From the NCBI GenBank assembly GCA_951406725.2, contig OX597839.1, positions 28,086,001 to 28,150,000 on the forward strand: 64,000 nucleotides of DNA, read 5' to 3'. The translations under genes and the position numbers were made by a program. This stretch comes from Octopus vulgaris. Taxonomy: Eukaryota. Under the pieces are notes generated by a model. It was not told the DNA's origin. It saw only the letters and a list, made by a program, of their open reading frames with translations, and did not search any database. Below are positions 28,394 to 38,690 of the stretch, piece by piece; the first letter of the stretch is position 1; each line of letters opens with the position of its first letter.

Positions 28394-30015
28394 GCGGCCA
28401 AAATGTTCAGAACGGCATTGTTTTCGTTAGAAAAGTAGATATAATTTTTTATCAAAGTTGTTTTATATTCTATAATTTTCACAGACAATAAATACGATAT
28501 TATTTGTTATTGCCTGAGATTTTGGTGTAATTTGAGAGGATAATACAAAAGTTATGGATGATTTAGTGATTTACTGCAAAACCCATGGCGGCCAAAATGA
28601 TCAGAACGGTTGCTTTTACTCCGTGTTTTAGTATATTTAACCGGCGAACTCTAATGTTTTGAATTTGTTTACGTGACGGTTCGTTTACTAAACATTAGTA
28701 AGAATATTTGCAGTGTACTTTGTTAATATAATGCCACTTACTCCGTTACCAATTCGTCAGCAGATTATTAAGCTTCGAAGGAAGGATAATTTAAGTATTG
28801 GATCTATTGCAAAGATTGTTAACAAGTCAAAAAGTGTTGTACACGGTATTCTTAAGGTCTACGATGATTGTGGTTCGTGTGAAGCAAGAAAGTTTACAGG
28901 TAGGCCAAGAAAAACGACCAAGAGAGAAGATCGTGCTATGGTAAAGTTGGTTAAAAAGGACAGATTTAAAACTGCTGCTGCTGTTTCTCGGAAAATGAGC
29001 ATTGTATTGAAGAAAACTTTATCTCGAAAAACTGTGTCTCGTCGTTTAGTTGAACATGACCTACAAGCAAGAGCACCTGCAGTGAAGCCACTGATCAGCT
29101 CCAAGAATAAAAAGTGTCGTCTTACCTTTGCAACCAAACATGTGTTGTGGTCTCAAGAAAAATGGCAAACGGTGCATTTCAGTGATGAATCTAAGTTTAT
29201 GTTATTTGGCTCAGATGGGAAAAGGTACGTTCGTAGAAAAGTAGGTGAAAAATTGTCGCCTAAATGCCTTAAGACTAGTGTTAAATTCGGTGGAGGAAGT
29301 GTCATGGTTTGGGGGATGATATCTGGAGATGGTGTGGGCCCTTTGGTGCGATTACATGGAAAGGTAAATGCAGGAGTTTATAAACAACTTGTAAAAGATC
29401 ATGTCTTGCCTGTGCTGAGAAATTCAACTAAGCGACCACCCATATTCATGCAGGACAATGCCCCATGTCACAAGGCTAAGGTGGTCATGAACTTCCTTAA
29501 GGCTGAAAAGGTTATTGTTATGGATTGGCCTGCTCAAAGCCCAGATCTCAATCCTATTGAAAATGTATGGAATATTCTAGGAGAACGTTTGAAAGCCAGA
29601 AATCCTAAAACAACTGAGCAATTATGGAATGCCCTTCAGGAAGAATGGAATAAGATCACCCAGCAAGAAATTGAAAATTTAATTTCCTCATGCAGTCAAA
29701 GATGTCAGAGTGTGATTGAAGCTAAAGGGTTCACACTAAATATTAAATAATTCCAGTATTCTCTGTCATTTTTGATTATTTTGTTATTTTTTCAACCGTT
29801 CTGATCATTTTGGCCGCCATGGGTTTTGCAGTAAATCACTAAATCATCCATAACTTTTGTATTATCCTCTCAAATTACACCAAAATCTCAGACAATAACA
29901 ATTAATATTGTATTTATTGTCTGTGAAAATTATAGAATATAAAACTACTTTGATAAAACTTATACTTACTTTTCTGATGAAAACAATGCCGTTCTGAACA
30001 TTTGGGCCGCAACTG
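28389..30015 (+). mobile_element. Tc1-family DNA transposon, IR/DR type, about 1.63 kb, in a septin intron
   Basis: TIRs 28389-28612 and 29793-30015, each with outer and inner direct repeats (GGCGGCCAAAATG[T/A]TCAGAACGG). The right end reads CAGT on the reverse strand; TA on both flanks; transposase ORF inside. Confidence 0.97.
28731..29750 (+). CDS. Tc1 DD34E transposase, 339 aa from ATG 28731
   Basis: Uninterrupted ORF with N-terminal HTH region, GRPRK motif, FSDESKF (D1), MQDNAPCH (D2) and WPAQSPDLNPIENVW (E, 34 residues after D2). The last codons appear frameshifted. Confidence 0.95.
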   Translation: MPLTPLPIRQQIIKLRRKDNLSIGSIAKIVNKSKSVVHGILKVYDDCGSCEARKFTGRPRKTTKREDRAMVKLVKKDRFKTAAAVSRKMSIVLKKTLSRKTVSRRLVEHDLQARAPAVKPLISSKNKKCRLTFATKHVLWSQEKWQTVHFSDESKFMLFGSDGKRYVRRKVGEKLSPKCLKTSVKFGGGSVMVWGMISGDGVGPLVRLHGKVNAGVYKQLVKDHVLPVLRNSTKRPPIFMQDNAPCHKAKVVMNFLKAEKVIVMDWPAQSPDLNPIENVWNILGERLKARNPKTTEQLWNALQEEWNKITQQEIENLISSCSQRCQSVIEAKGFTLNIK

Positions 30016-30277
30016 TATATATATACATATAATGTAGAAGGTTGGAAAGAAACACATGAGCTGATATGTATAAGGAAAATAAGACAAGGTAGAAAATGCT
30101 GAAATAATTTTATCATGAAGAACATTTTAGTACCGGTTTCAGCCTTTGCAACTTTTTGAACTAAGAGTAAAGCATGAAAGACAATTAAATTGTGGAAAAA
30201 TTAAATAAAATGTTTTTTTTAAATATTTCCATAGTTTTCAAATGCAAGGGACATTTTCCTTTTTTCAGTCTTGTAGA

Positions 30278-30316
<39 letters not shown>

Positions 30317-30405
30317 CACAGACATGTCTCTATAGATGAGTGTGTGTGTGTTTCAGCCTAGCCACACATGTATATCTAATATTCTTTATTTTTTGTCTGC
30401 TGCAG

Positions 30406-30507
30406 ATAATGGACCAAATCGATGAATACGGAATCAACATCTACCCCCTCCCAGACTGTGACTCTGACGAAGATGATGATTACAAAGAGCAATGTCGGCA
30501 GTTGAAA
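30406..30507 (+). CDS. SEPT2: Septin exon with acidic [10 protein letters not shown] segment
   Basis: TGCAG acceptor, GTAATT donor at 30508. [34 protein letters not shown], phase 0/0. Confidence 0.95.
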
Positions 30508-31192
30508 GTAATTCCACACAACCTCTTTCTCTCTCATCTCTCTCTCTCTCTCATCACAGACCCTCTTTTAGACAAACTCTTCATCAGTTTCCCTGAAGTT
30601 ACTTTTTCTGTCAGACCTGATGGATGCATTTCTATTGGCCAAGTCGTTAGTGCATTGGGGTCAATGCACTAATGACTTGATCATAAGATCATGCATGCAT
30701 CAACTCCTGATCAGTTTTGGTGGGGTATGTTGTGCCCTTAAGCAAGAGACTTCATGTCACATTGCTTCAGGCCACTCAACCAGAAATGAATACCAGCTGA
30801 CCACTGGTCTAGTTTTCTCTCTTCCTCTTTGCTTCTCTTTCTCATGCTAAAATACTAAGCATCATACATCCAGTGTGCTGTAGCCACCAAGGGCAATCGA
30901 CAGCCTACTTTTTGAAAGAATTTGGGGCTAATTGTCCATGAGGGGCCCACTTTGCTATAGATGTAACACATTTTCAGCTGCGAGGTCTTGAACAACATGA
31001 AATGAGGTTCCTAACCAAAGAACTCAAGTTGGGAATCAAACTCATAACAGACTTTTTCATGGGGTAAATGGTTAAAAGTAGAACCATTAAAAACTATTTA
31101 CATAGATTTTTTTCTTTGGGGTGTGGGTCACTTCTCCCCTTGTGTGCCAAGTGGCTGTTTTAATTTGTATTTGCGATGTGGTTGTTTTACAG

Positions 31193-31338
31193 GAAGCAGT
31201 GCCTTTTGCTGTTGTCGGTTCAAGTGAATCTTTCGAGGTGAATGGGAAAAAGGTGCGAGGTCGGCGTTATCCGTGGGGAGTTGTGGAGGTAGAAAACCCC
31301 GATCACTGTGATTTTATTAAACTAAGGACAATGTTGAT
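31193..31338 (+). CDS. SEPT2: Septin exon with septin unique element ([19 protein letters not shown])
   Basis: TTACAG acceptor, GTAAGT donor at 31339. [48 protein letters not shown]. Confidence 0.97.
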
Positions 31339-31377
31339 GTAAGTAGTCTCTCTTTCCCTTCAACTCTCTCGTATGAA

Positions 31378-31411
<34 letters not shown>

Positions 31412-31417
31412 CACACA

Positions 31418-31925
31418 CAGGAGAACCTCAGTTTTCGAACAACTCTGATCACAAATAAATCGTACTTTATCTCCTGTCTTTCTCATATTCATTTAATACA
31501 GCAGAACCTCGGTTTACAAACGCCTCCAATTGTGAATAAATCGTGCTTTATATATATATATATATATATTCGAGCAAGGTCGTTGCCAGTGTTGCTGGAC
31601 TGTCTCCTGTGCAGGTGGCACGTAAAAAGCACCATTCGAGTGACGTCGTTGCCAGTACCGCCTGACTGGCCCTTGTGCCGGTGGTATGTAATAGCACCAA
31701 CTACACTCTCGGAGTGGTTGGCATTAGGAAGGGCATCCAGCTGTAGAAACTCTGCCAGATCAGATTGGAGCCTGGTGCAGTCATCTGGTTCGCCAGTCCT
31801 CAATCAAACCGTGCAACCTATGCTAGAATGGAAAGCGGACGTTAAACAATGATGATGATATATATATATATATATATATATTATTTATTTGCGATCAGAG
31901 TTGTTCGAAAACCGAGGTACTACTG
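31418..31925. mobile_element. pogo/Tigger-like MITE with a nested RTE-tail insertion
   Basis: About 43-bp TIRs CAG(G/T)AG(A/T)ACCTC(A/G)GTTTTCGAACAACTCTGATC(A/G)CAAATAAAT at both ends. Confidence 0.8.
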
Positions 31926-31994
31926 TATATATAATCTTCTATCTATCTATCTCTCTCTTCTTCACTCTCTGTCTCTCTATTATATAATTATATA

Positions 31995-32204
31995 CAGCGT
32001 GCCTTGAAAGTAGGTTTACAGTTATCACGTAGGCACTTTATATTTCTTTTAAAAGGTTTCATTACATTTCAATTCCTATCTTACAATTAACTCAATTAGC
32101 ATAGAATAATGGTTTCATATCTATTTTTATAATTAAGATTTAAACAGTTAATATATGAATGCGAAAGAGTTGAATAACTGTAAACCTACTTTTGGGTCAC
32201 CCTG
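31995..32204. mobile_element. Tc1/mariner-type MITE, 210 bp
   Basis: About 31-bp imperfect TIRs (CAG[C/G]GTG....AAAGTAGGTTTACAGTTAT); TA on both sides. Confidence 0.85.
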
Positions 32205-33574
32205 TATATATATATTTATACACACACACACACAATCTTTTTGTCCTTCTCTCTATTCCTCTCTCTTTTCCTCTCTCTTTCTCCCTTTATCTCTCCATCT
32301 CTTTATGTGTTTAGTATTTAATCTTCCCAATCCATTTGAAACGGCAATTACACTACAATATCTCCCATGTAGTTTTCTCTAATCTGTGGTCATCTTACAG
32401 CCACGGGCTGACCTGTAATTTCCTAATTAAAACACTGCTATACTTAATTAGTCAAATCAAACAATTAGTCTGTAAATGACTTGATTGCCTTCATTAAGGT
32501 AAATTATTTCCCCACTTGCAAACTGTGTATTTCACTTCCCCCACCTATTTTCCCCTCCCCCATTCAACAGCAATGCATGTAGGATACATTTGTAAATATC
32601 ACATGGATGTTCACACAACTTCATGTCCTTCCTGACTCGCACAACCCTAGAGGATCATAAGGTATGGCTTATCTCGGGTTTTCTACGGTGTATAAGCAAC
32701 CTGCAGTGCAATAACCTCTGCTGCCTGTATTAAGGCTAAGTTTTACAGGTGGATGCCTTTCCTGTCACTAACTCTTACCCTTTGCTTCGAATAAGATGTT
32801 TTTCATTCCTCTTGCCTTCAAAGATGCTGAGCTTGCCCAGTGCTCTGCAACCTCTCTCCACTTGTGGTTCTCTTATATTGTTTTCCAAATTTGGCGCCAC
32901 ACCTGAACTAAAAATATAGCCAAAAGAATAGGCAAAAAAAAATTATATTCAGGTTACACTGTGGCACACCTAGCATCGTCTTGTGTCACACCAGTGTGTC
33001 GTGACATTCTGGTTGCGACGCACTGAACTAGAAGACGGTTTATTAGCAGGGGCTGCTTGTCGGTCTCAGGATTAACTTGTGTCCTTCCTGAAACCAGCCC
33101 CTAAACACCAGTTTATTTTCCAACACTCAATTCTCCGTTGTATTCTTTTATAAGCCTAGTACTTATTCTATCAGTCTCTTTTGCTAAACTGCTAAGTTAC
33201 AGGGACATAAACACCAACATTGGCTGTCAAACACACACACATGCAAATAAATACACACATACACACACATGCAAATAAATACACACATACACACACATAC
33301 AAATAAATACATACATACACACACAAATACATACATAGACACACACATACATGCATGCACAAGGAGCCATGCAATGGGACTGAACCCAGAACCATGAGAT
33401 TGGGAAGCAAGCTCCTTACCACACATGCCTGTGCTGGACCTTTTTCTTTTTTTAAAAAAAAATTATAGGGTGGGGATTCATCCTCATTTAATATTTGTAA
33501 CCTTTGACATCTGTTGTTTTGTTGTTTTTTAATTTTTATTTTTCCCCTCTTCCTTCCTATTTGAATCTCTTCAG

Positions 33575-33661
33575 CACACACATGCAGGACTTGCAAGAGG
33601 TAACACAAGAAATACATTACGAAAACTTCCGAGCTGAGAAGTTGGCCGGTGGCAAAGTAGT
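33575..33661 (+). CDS. SEPT2: Septin exon (end of septin unique element)
   Basis: TTCAG acceptor, GTGAGT donor at 33662. (I)[28 protein letters not shown], phase 2/2. Confidence 0.95.
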
Positions 33662-33954
33662 GTGAGTATTATTCACGTTCGTTTTCCGTCTCCTTCGACT
33701 GTAACTTCGAAGTATGTCTGGACGTAGTTGCCATGGTATTTACAAGGAGGTAGTGAGAAAAAGATGAAATAAAAATCTTGGATGTAAATGGTCTGCGGAG
33801 GATGGAAGAGAAGAAGACTTTAGGATTTTGTGACTGTTTCAATTAAGTTAGAAAATAATGAATTTAGTAAAATAATTTTTTCATTATTATTATTAAGTTT
33901 ATTGAGGCTGGTATCCAAAGGATGAACATTGAGCATCAAAACAAAGTCTGTGGA

Positions 33955-34297
33955 CATTATTTACATTCGACGGATATTTGTCCTCATCTTGTTTGTTGTT
34001 AACACAACGTTTCGGCTGATATACCCTCCAGCCGTCTTCAGGTGTGTTGGGGAAATTTCGAAGGTATTTTTTGATGTTGTTGTTATTATTATTACTATTA
34101 TTATTATTGTTGTTGTTCAGGTCACTGCTTGGAATCGAACTCAGAATCTTGGGGTTAGTAGCTCAAGCTCTTAACCACTACTTGAAGAAGGCTGGAGGGT
34201 ATATCAACCAAAACATTAACAACAAACAAGATGAGGACAAATATCTGTCGAATGTAAATAATGTACACAATTCCTCATCTCTTAAATATAGAACTGA
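33955..34297 (-). mobile_element. tRNA-headed hammerhead-containing element with inverted partial copy; 12-bp flanking duplication
   Basis: Minus strand: TAGTGG A-box remnant, GAGTTCGATTCC B box, (AAT/AAC)n, then a hammerhead. The inverted partial copy spans 34181-34297. AAAGTCTGTGGA occurs at 33943-33954 and 34298-34309. Confidence 0.75.
34001..34048 (-). ncRNA. Minimal type I hammerhead ribozyme motif (family 1)
   Basis: Minus strand ACAC-CUGAAGA-C-GGCUG(GAGGGUAUAU)CAGCC-GAAA-CG-UU/GUGU: intact core, 5-bp stem II, palindromic AACGUU stem III, 4-bp stem I. Confidence 0.7.
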
Positions 34298-34407
34298 AAA
34301 GTCTGTGGATTTCAACAGAAATATGGCAAGAAAAAGATTGAAGCGATCTAAATTAAAACATTCCAGAAAAATTTTGTCAATTTATTTACCAAACACCAAC
34401 TTAATAA

Positions 34408-34676
34408 TAATGACAAAGTTCTATATTTAAGAGATGAGAAATGTGCCTATGGGCATATGGCTTTCTAGTTAAGAGCATGAGCTACTAACCCTAAGATTCT
34501 GAGTTCGATTCCAGGCAGTGACCTGAATAATAATAATAATAATATCTGAAAATACCTTAGGAACGAGAACCCAGGTTCGAAATTTCCCCAAGACACCTGA
34601 TGAAGGCTGGAGGGTATATCAGCCGAAACGTGTTAACAACAAACAAGATGAGGACAAATATCCATCAGATGTAAAG
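34408..34676 (+). mobile_element. Second copy of the tRNA-headed hammerhead element, preceded by an inverted piece of its own 3' end
   Basis: GGGCATATGGCT..TAGTTAAGAGC (34451), B box GAGTTCGATTCC 34501-34512, (AAT)n, CTGATGA-AGGCTG...CAGCC-GAAAC 34597-34629. It interrupts an older MITE related to 215-330. Confidence 0.78.
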
Positions 34677-35040
34677 GTTATTTTACTAAATTCTTTGTTA
34701 TTATAAAAATTAATTGAAATAAAAGGCAAAGCATTTCGACAGAAATATGGTGACAAAAGGGTTTAATGTTTGTTCAATAAATAACACCAACTGTTTGATT
34801 GGGATTTGTCAATCTTCTGGAACTTGTTTGAGGGGAGATAACTTTGATATCACAACTAGAAGCAAACTACATCCTCCACTGCTACACTAGCATCACCACT
34901 ACAGCCACCACCACGACCACACAACAAAGATCGTGACACCTTAAATAATGTACTCTTACCCTTACAGAATCTGGATTATCCTGGATAGAAATGAGGTTGA
35001 CATTGACTTGTGGGAGAAATTGGATTTTTGTCTTCTAGAG

Positions 35041-35207
35041 CAGTGCTTTTCAACCTTTTTGCTGGAGCGGAACCCCAAGGAAACATTCCACTGGCTCGAT
35101 GAACCCCTGTGCAATAATTTAATAGTCTTCTGCACAGGAGTATTAAAAATTACTGCCGATTTTACCAGTTTTGTTACTTCTGGCGGAACCCTGGTTGAAA
35201 ACCACTG
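35041..35207. mobile_element. hAT-type MITE, 167 bp
   Basis: TIRs CAGTGCTTTTCAACC / GGTTGAAAACCACTG; perfect 8-bp TSD TTCTAGAG (35033-35040, 35208-35215). Confidence 0.92.
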
Positions 35208-35979
35208 TTCTAGAGTATATTGTTAGTTTTTAAAACTTCTGCATTTCAACCAGCCATGATCTGGCCCAAATATTGTGTGTACTTGATGTTCACACGAGCC
35301 AGGTTTGGCCTCTCACACCTACTCTACAATGTCACTCTAAAAATAAAAATCGTCACATCAGCGAAATCTCAAAGCGACAAGATAACGCTCGATTAATTCA
35401 AAATGATGTGAATCAATATGAATTTCATATGACAGAGTAATTTGAATGCTGAAGGGTTTTAACACTTGCAGGGCTTCTGTCGGTCGGTCAGTCGATGTTG
35501 ACCTTCCATTTGCACAAGTGTGTGCAGGCCTTGACCAAATATTTTGAGCAAGACTGGCAGCTACCCATATATATTCAAGTATCTCCTCTCCATGGCACTG
35601 ATGTTCAGCAAAGGGAAATAATGTCAACTTGGGCCAACACCCCAAGCCATGTCAATGAAATTAGCTTGACAAATTGGTATTAAAGGTTATTGGATGGAAT
35701 GCAGCTGGGATTTAAAGGTCCAGTCTTGTTGCACTGGTCCCAGCTGAGAAATACATTATGGATACATGTGTCTGTGGAATACTCGGCCACTAAGATGCTA
35801 ATTTAGTGAGCAAGTAGTTGATTGAACAAATTAATATTTGTCATTGAAACTGACATCCATTTTAGTTGACTTTTAAGATCAGAACCACCCCAGGCATTAC
35901 TGTCTTGGAGTCCCTAGGGCTCCTTATCCAGTTGACCGCTACTGCTTAATTTTATTTGTTTTGTTTTCTTTCATTTCAG

Positions 35980-36061
35980 TAAACAACGAACCAGTCGAAG
36001 TGGTGTGCAACAGCCTGAAGCCACTGACCGTGAACAAGCTTTAATGGAGAAAGAGGCTGAG
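35980..36061 (+). CDS. SEPT2: Septin exon, linker and start of C-terminal coiled coil
   Basis: TTTCAG acceptor, GTAAGA donor at 36062. KQRTSRSGVQQPEATDREQALMEKEAE; the EKEAE motif matches the SEPT2 coiled-coil start and the frame is consistent. Confidence 0.9.
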
Positions 36062-36383
36062 GTAAGAGAAATTGTTTGATATTGTGTGTCTCTAACATAT
36101 ACACATATATATACATATACATATATACACACATATATATACAGTATATATATATATACATACATGTATATATACATATACATGTATATGTATGTATATA
36201 TACACACACACATATATATACATACAAAATAAGAAAATGGAGAAATACACCTTAATGAATAATCAACTACCAGATAATACCCAATCACATAATTTATTAA
36301 CCCACTACATATGAACATCAAGGTCAAATATATTCATATATATATACATACATACATATATATACATACACATTCATACATAC

Positions 36384-36414
<31 letters not shown>

Positions 36415-36415
36415 C

Positions 36416-36448
<33 letters not shown>

Positions 36449-36914
36449 CATATACATACATATATATACACACATATATACACACATATATATACATACA
36501 TATATATACACATATATATACACACACACATATATGTACATATATACAAAAGGACAGACATTTAAGTGAATGTGTCCACTCTTGTGGACAACTTTGTCCA
36601 GTTTATTTCCTTGCAATTCTGTCAGGTTTAACTAAACCTCCTCCTCCTCCACCTTCTCTCCATATGTTTCTCTCTCTCTCCTTTTCTTCCTCTTCTTTCT
36701 GTCTGACTCTTCTGTTCTACTTTTCCCCCTTTCTGTTTTCCTTTCTCTTTCATCAACTCTCCCACCACCACTCACCTACCATTCCTCCTCCTCCTCTTAT
36801 TGCTTACCCCCATCAGTTTCCTTACACCTCCTCCTCCTCCAATAGTGTCATCATTACCACCACCACAATAACTCATCTCTCTCTCTCTTCTTCCTCCTCC
36901 TCCTCCTCTTGCAG

Positions 36915-37040
36915 CTCCGTCAAATGAAAGAGATGTTGGCCAAAATGCAGGCAGAAATGGCAGCTCAGAAAACCGGTAACAGTCCTGTCAGCAACCATCA
37001 GCCAAGACAAAATGGTGAAGTCAAGTCCCAGAATGTCTGA
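36915..37040 (+). CDS. SEPT2: Septin last coding exon (coiled coil, stop TGA 37038-37040)
   Basis: Long CT tract + TGCAG acceptor. [41 protein letters not shown], matching SEPT2 ELRRMQEMIARMQAQM. Confidence 0.92.
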   Translation, partial: LRQMKEMLAKMQAEMAAQKTGNSPVSNHQPRQNGEVKSQNV

Positions 37041-37496
37041 TCTGATTCACTCAGTAAGTAAACATCGCAGGTCATTTCTTCTTCTTCTTCTTCTTGTCAT
37101 AGTCATTTCATTCTGGATTCTGTTTGTAACATGATTCTTGTCACAAGGCAGTCGAGGGCCAGGACCCATCCTGTTGCTCCACCGACTTGCAACAAGGATT
37201 ATGAACTCAACACATTTCTAGTCCATGAAGATAGTGTTTAAACCTTTGGGATTTAGATAACTCTGTCAAATCTAATGATTATTTAGTCACATCATTTTTA
37301 ATTAGTCCTGCTTTATTTCATAGCTTCTGAGATTTCAATGATGTCATTGTTTATTGCTTAGAATGAGATTGTAGGGTAGGTGTGAGAGACCAGATCTAGC
37401 CAGTTTGAACATATAATAGGCAGAATATTTAAAATATATATGTATATATATATATATATATACTTTATTTCAAAGCAGCAGAAAATTCAACAAAAC

Positions 37497-37534
37497 CTGT
37501 TACTCTGAGTTTCACGTTCCCGTTCGTCGGACAG
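37497..37534 (-). ncRNA. Hammerhead motif family 2, core variant CCGACGA
   Basis: Minus strand CUGU-CCGACGA-ACG(GGAA)CGU-GAAA-CUCAGAG-UA/ACAG with a perfect stem II and GNRA loop. Confidence 0.65.
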
Positions 37535-38184
37535 CTTTTTCTAGCAAAAACTGTCCGACGAAACTCAGAGTAACAGGTTTTGTTGAATTTTTTGCTGCTT
37601 TGAAATAAAGCATATTACTCTACCCCTGGTATTTGAGTACTCTTTTTTCCACCTTGTTTCACATTTATGTGTTTACTCCGGTATATATATATATATAAAA
37701 TAGAAAAGCGTGAAAAAACTACAGAAGGCTTGTTTTATAAGGTTAAAGAATATATTTAAGTCGTTATGTTAGAAAAATGTTATAAAATTTTGTGTATAGT
37801 AACATAGTTTTTGAAGAAATTACCGATTCGTGTAAACTTTTCAAATTTCTCAAATGTCTTTACCTACATCGTGTCATGTCTTTGTTATGAAGTGTAAAGA
37901 AGACTTCCAGGCAGGGGGAGGTAATCAGGGATTTCTTCCAGTATAAGGGAGATAATCGCTTTATACCCCCCCCCCCCAATGAGATGAGTTTTCTCTGTAT
38001 AAGAATGTTAGGATGGTTAAGTTCAGAGACGAGAATTACATTAGTAAATATCGTTAATGGCAAAACCATTCTACGATTAATTCTGTATTGTGTATATTTC
38101 CATCTGTCTTACCTGCTTCTTCTAGCATATTGGATATCCACTTAGTGGTCATCACTTATACACACATATATATATATATAACAC

Positions 38185-38436
38185 ACCATACTAATCATAT
38201 CTGCCAGGCATGTGGAAGAGAGTGTAATTCGGCAGGGGGACTTAAACGACATGCAAAGGTACATGAAGCCCAGTTACAACTACAGCCGGCCATTACCAGT
38301 AAAGGTCTTAGTTGCCAATTCTGTACAAGACATTGTAGATCTTTAGCTGGGCTAAAAAGTCACATTCGATCACAGCACCGGTAACAGTTAAGCTTCGTGC
38401 AATGGCCATACTCGATAACAAGGGGGCAGCCATAAC
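38185..38436 (+). mobile_element. Probable LINE 3' end encoding two C2H2-type fingers
   Basis: HICQACGRECNSAGGLKRHAKVH...CQFCTRHCRSLAGLKSHIRSQH* with no TGEKP linker, flanked by microsatellites; CxxCgrxcxSxxGLxSH is typical of RTE-like ORF ends. Confidence 0.6.
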
Positions 38437-38454
38437 ATAATATATATATGTATG

Positions 38455-38495
<41 letters not shown>

Positions 38496-38497
38496 CA

Positions 38498-38690
38498 TTA
38501 ACCTTTCAGCATTCAGATTTCTTATTTATTCACATTGTTTTGAATTAATTATGCTTTAGTTCATAGCTTTGAGATTTCAATGATGTGATTGTTTATTTTT
38601 GAAATGTAGGGTAGGTGTGAGAGGCCATATCTGACCAAAACCAGGTGGAATATTTCATCTGGCTACGGCTAGTTTAAATTCTAGAGTTAT
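38498..38690. mobile_element. piggyBac-like MITE family (TTAACCCTTTAGCATT termini); other copies 11205-11422, 20610-20760/21100-21296, 35230-35462, 37240-37430
   Basis: Shared body GTAGGGTAGGTGTGAGAGGCC..ATCTGGCCAGTTT and terminal inverted repeats bounded by TTAA. Confidence 0.7.

Noticed and set aside
28713-28730. 345-aa start suggested by the ORF track
   Set aside because: It uses GTG; the first ATG (28731) gives a typical Tc1 length.
28706-28733. Septin-transposase fusion via the TTTGCAG acceptor at 28713
   Set aside because: The upstream septin exon ends in phase 0; splicing to 28714 gives TGT ACT TTG TTA ATA TAA, out of frame with the transposase.
34451-34525. Functional tRNA gene (also at 1740-1810, 2841-2915, 61935-61990, 63767-63840)
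   Set aside because: A/B boxes are present, but there is no complete cloverleaf and each continues into repeat bodies; these are SINE heads.
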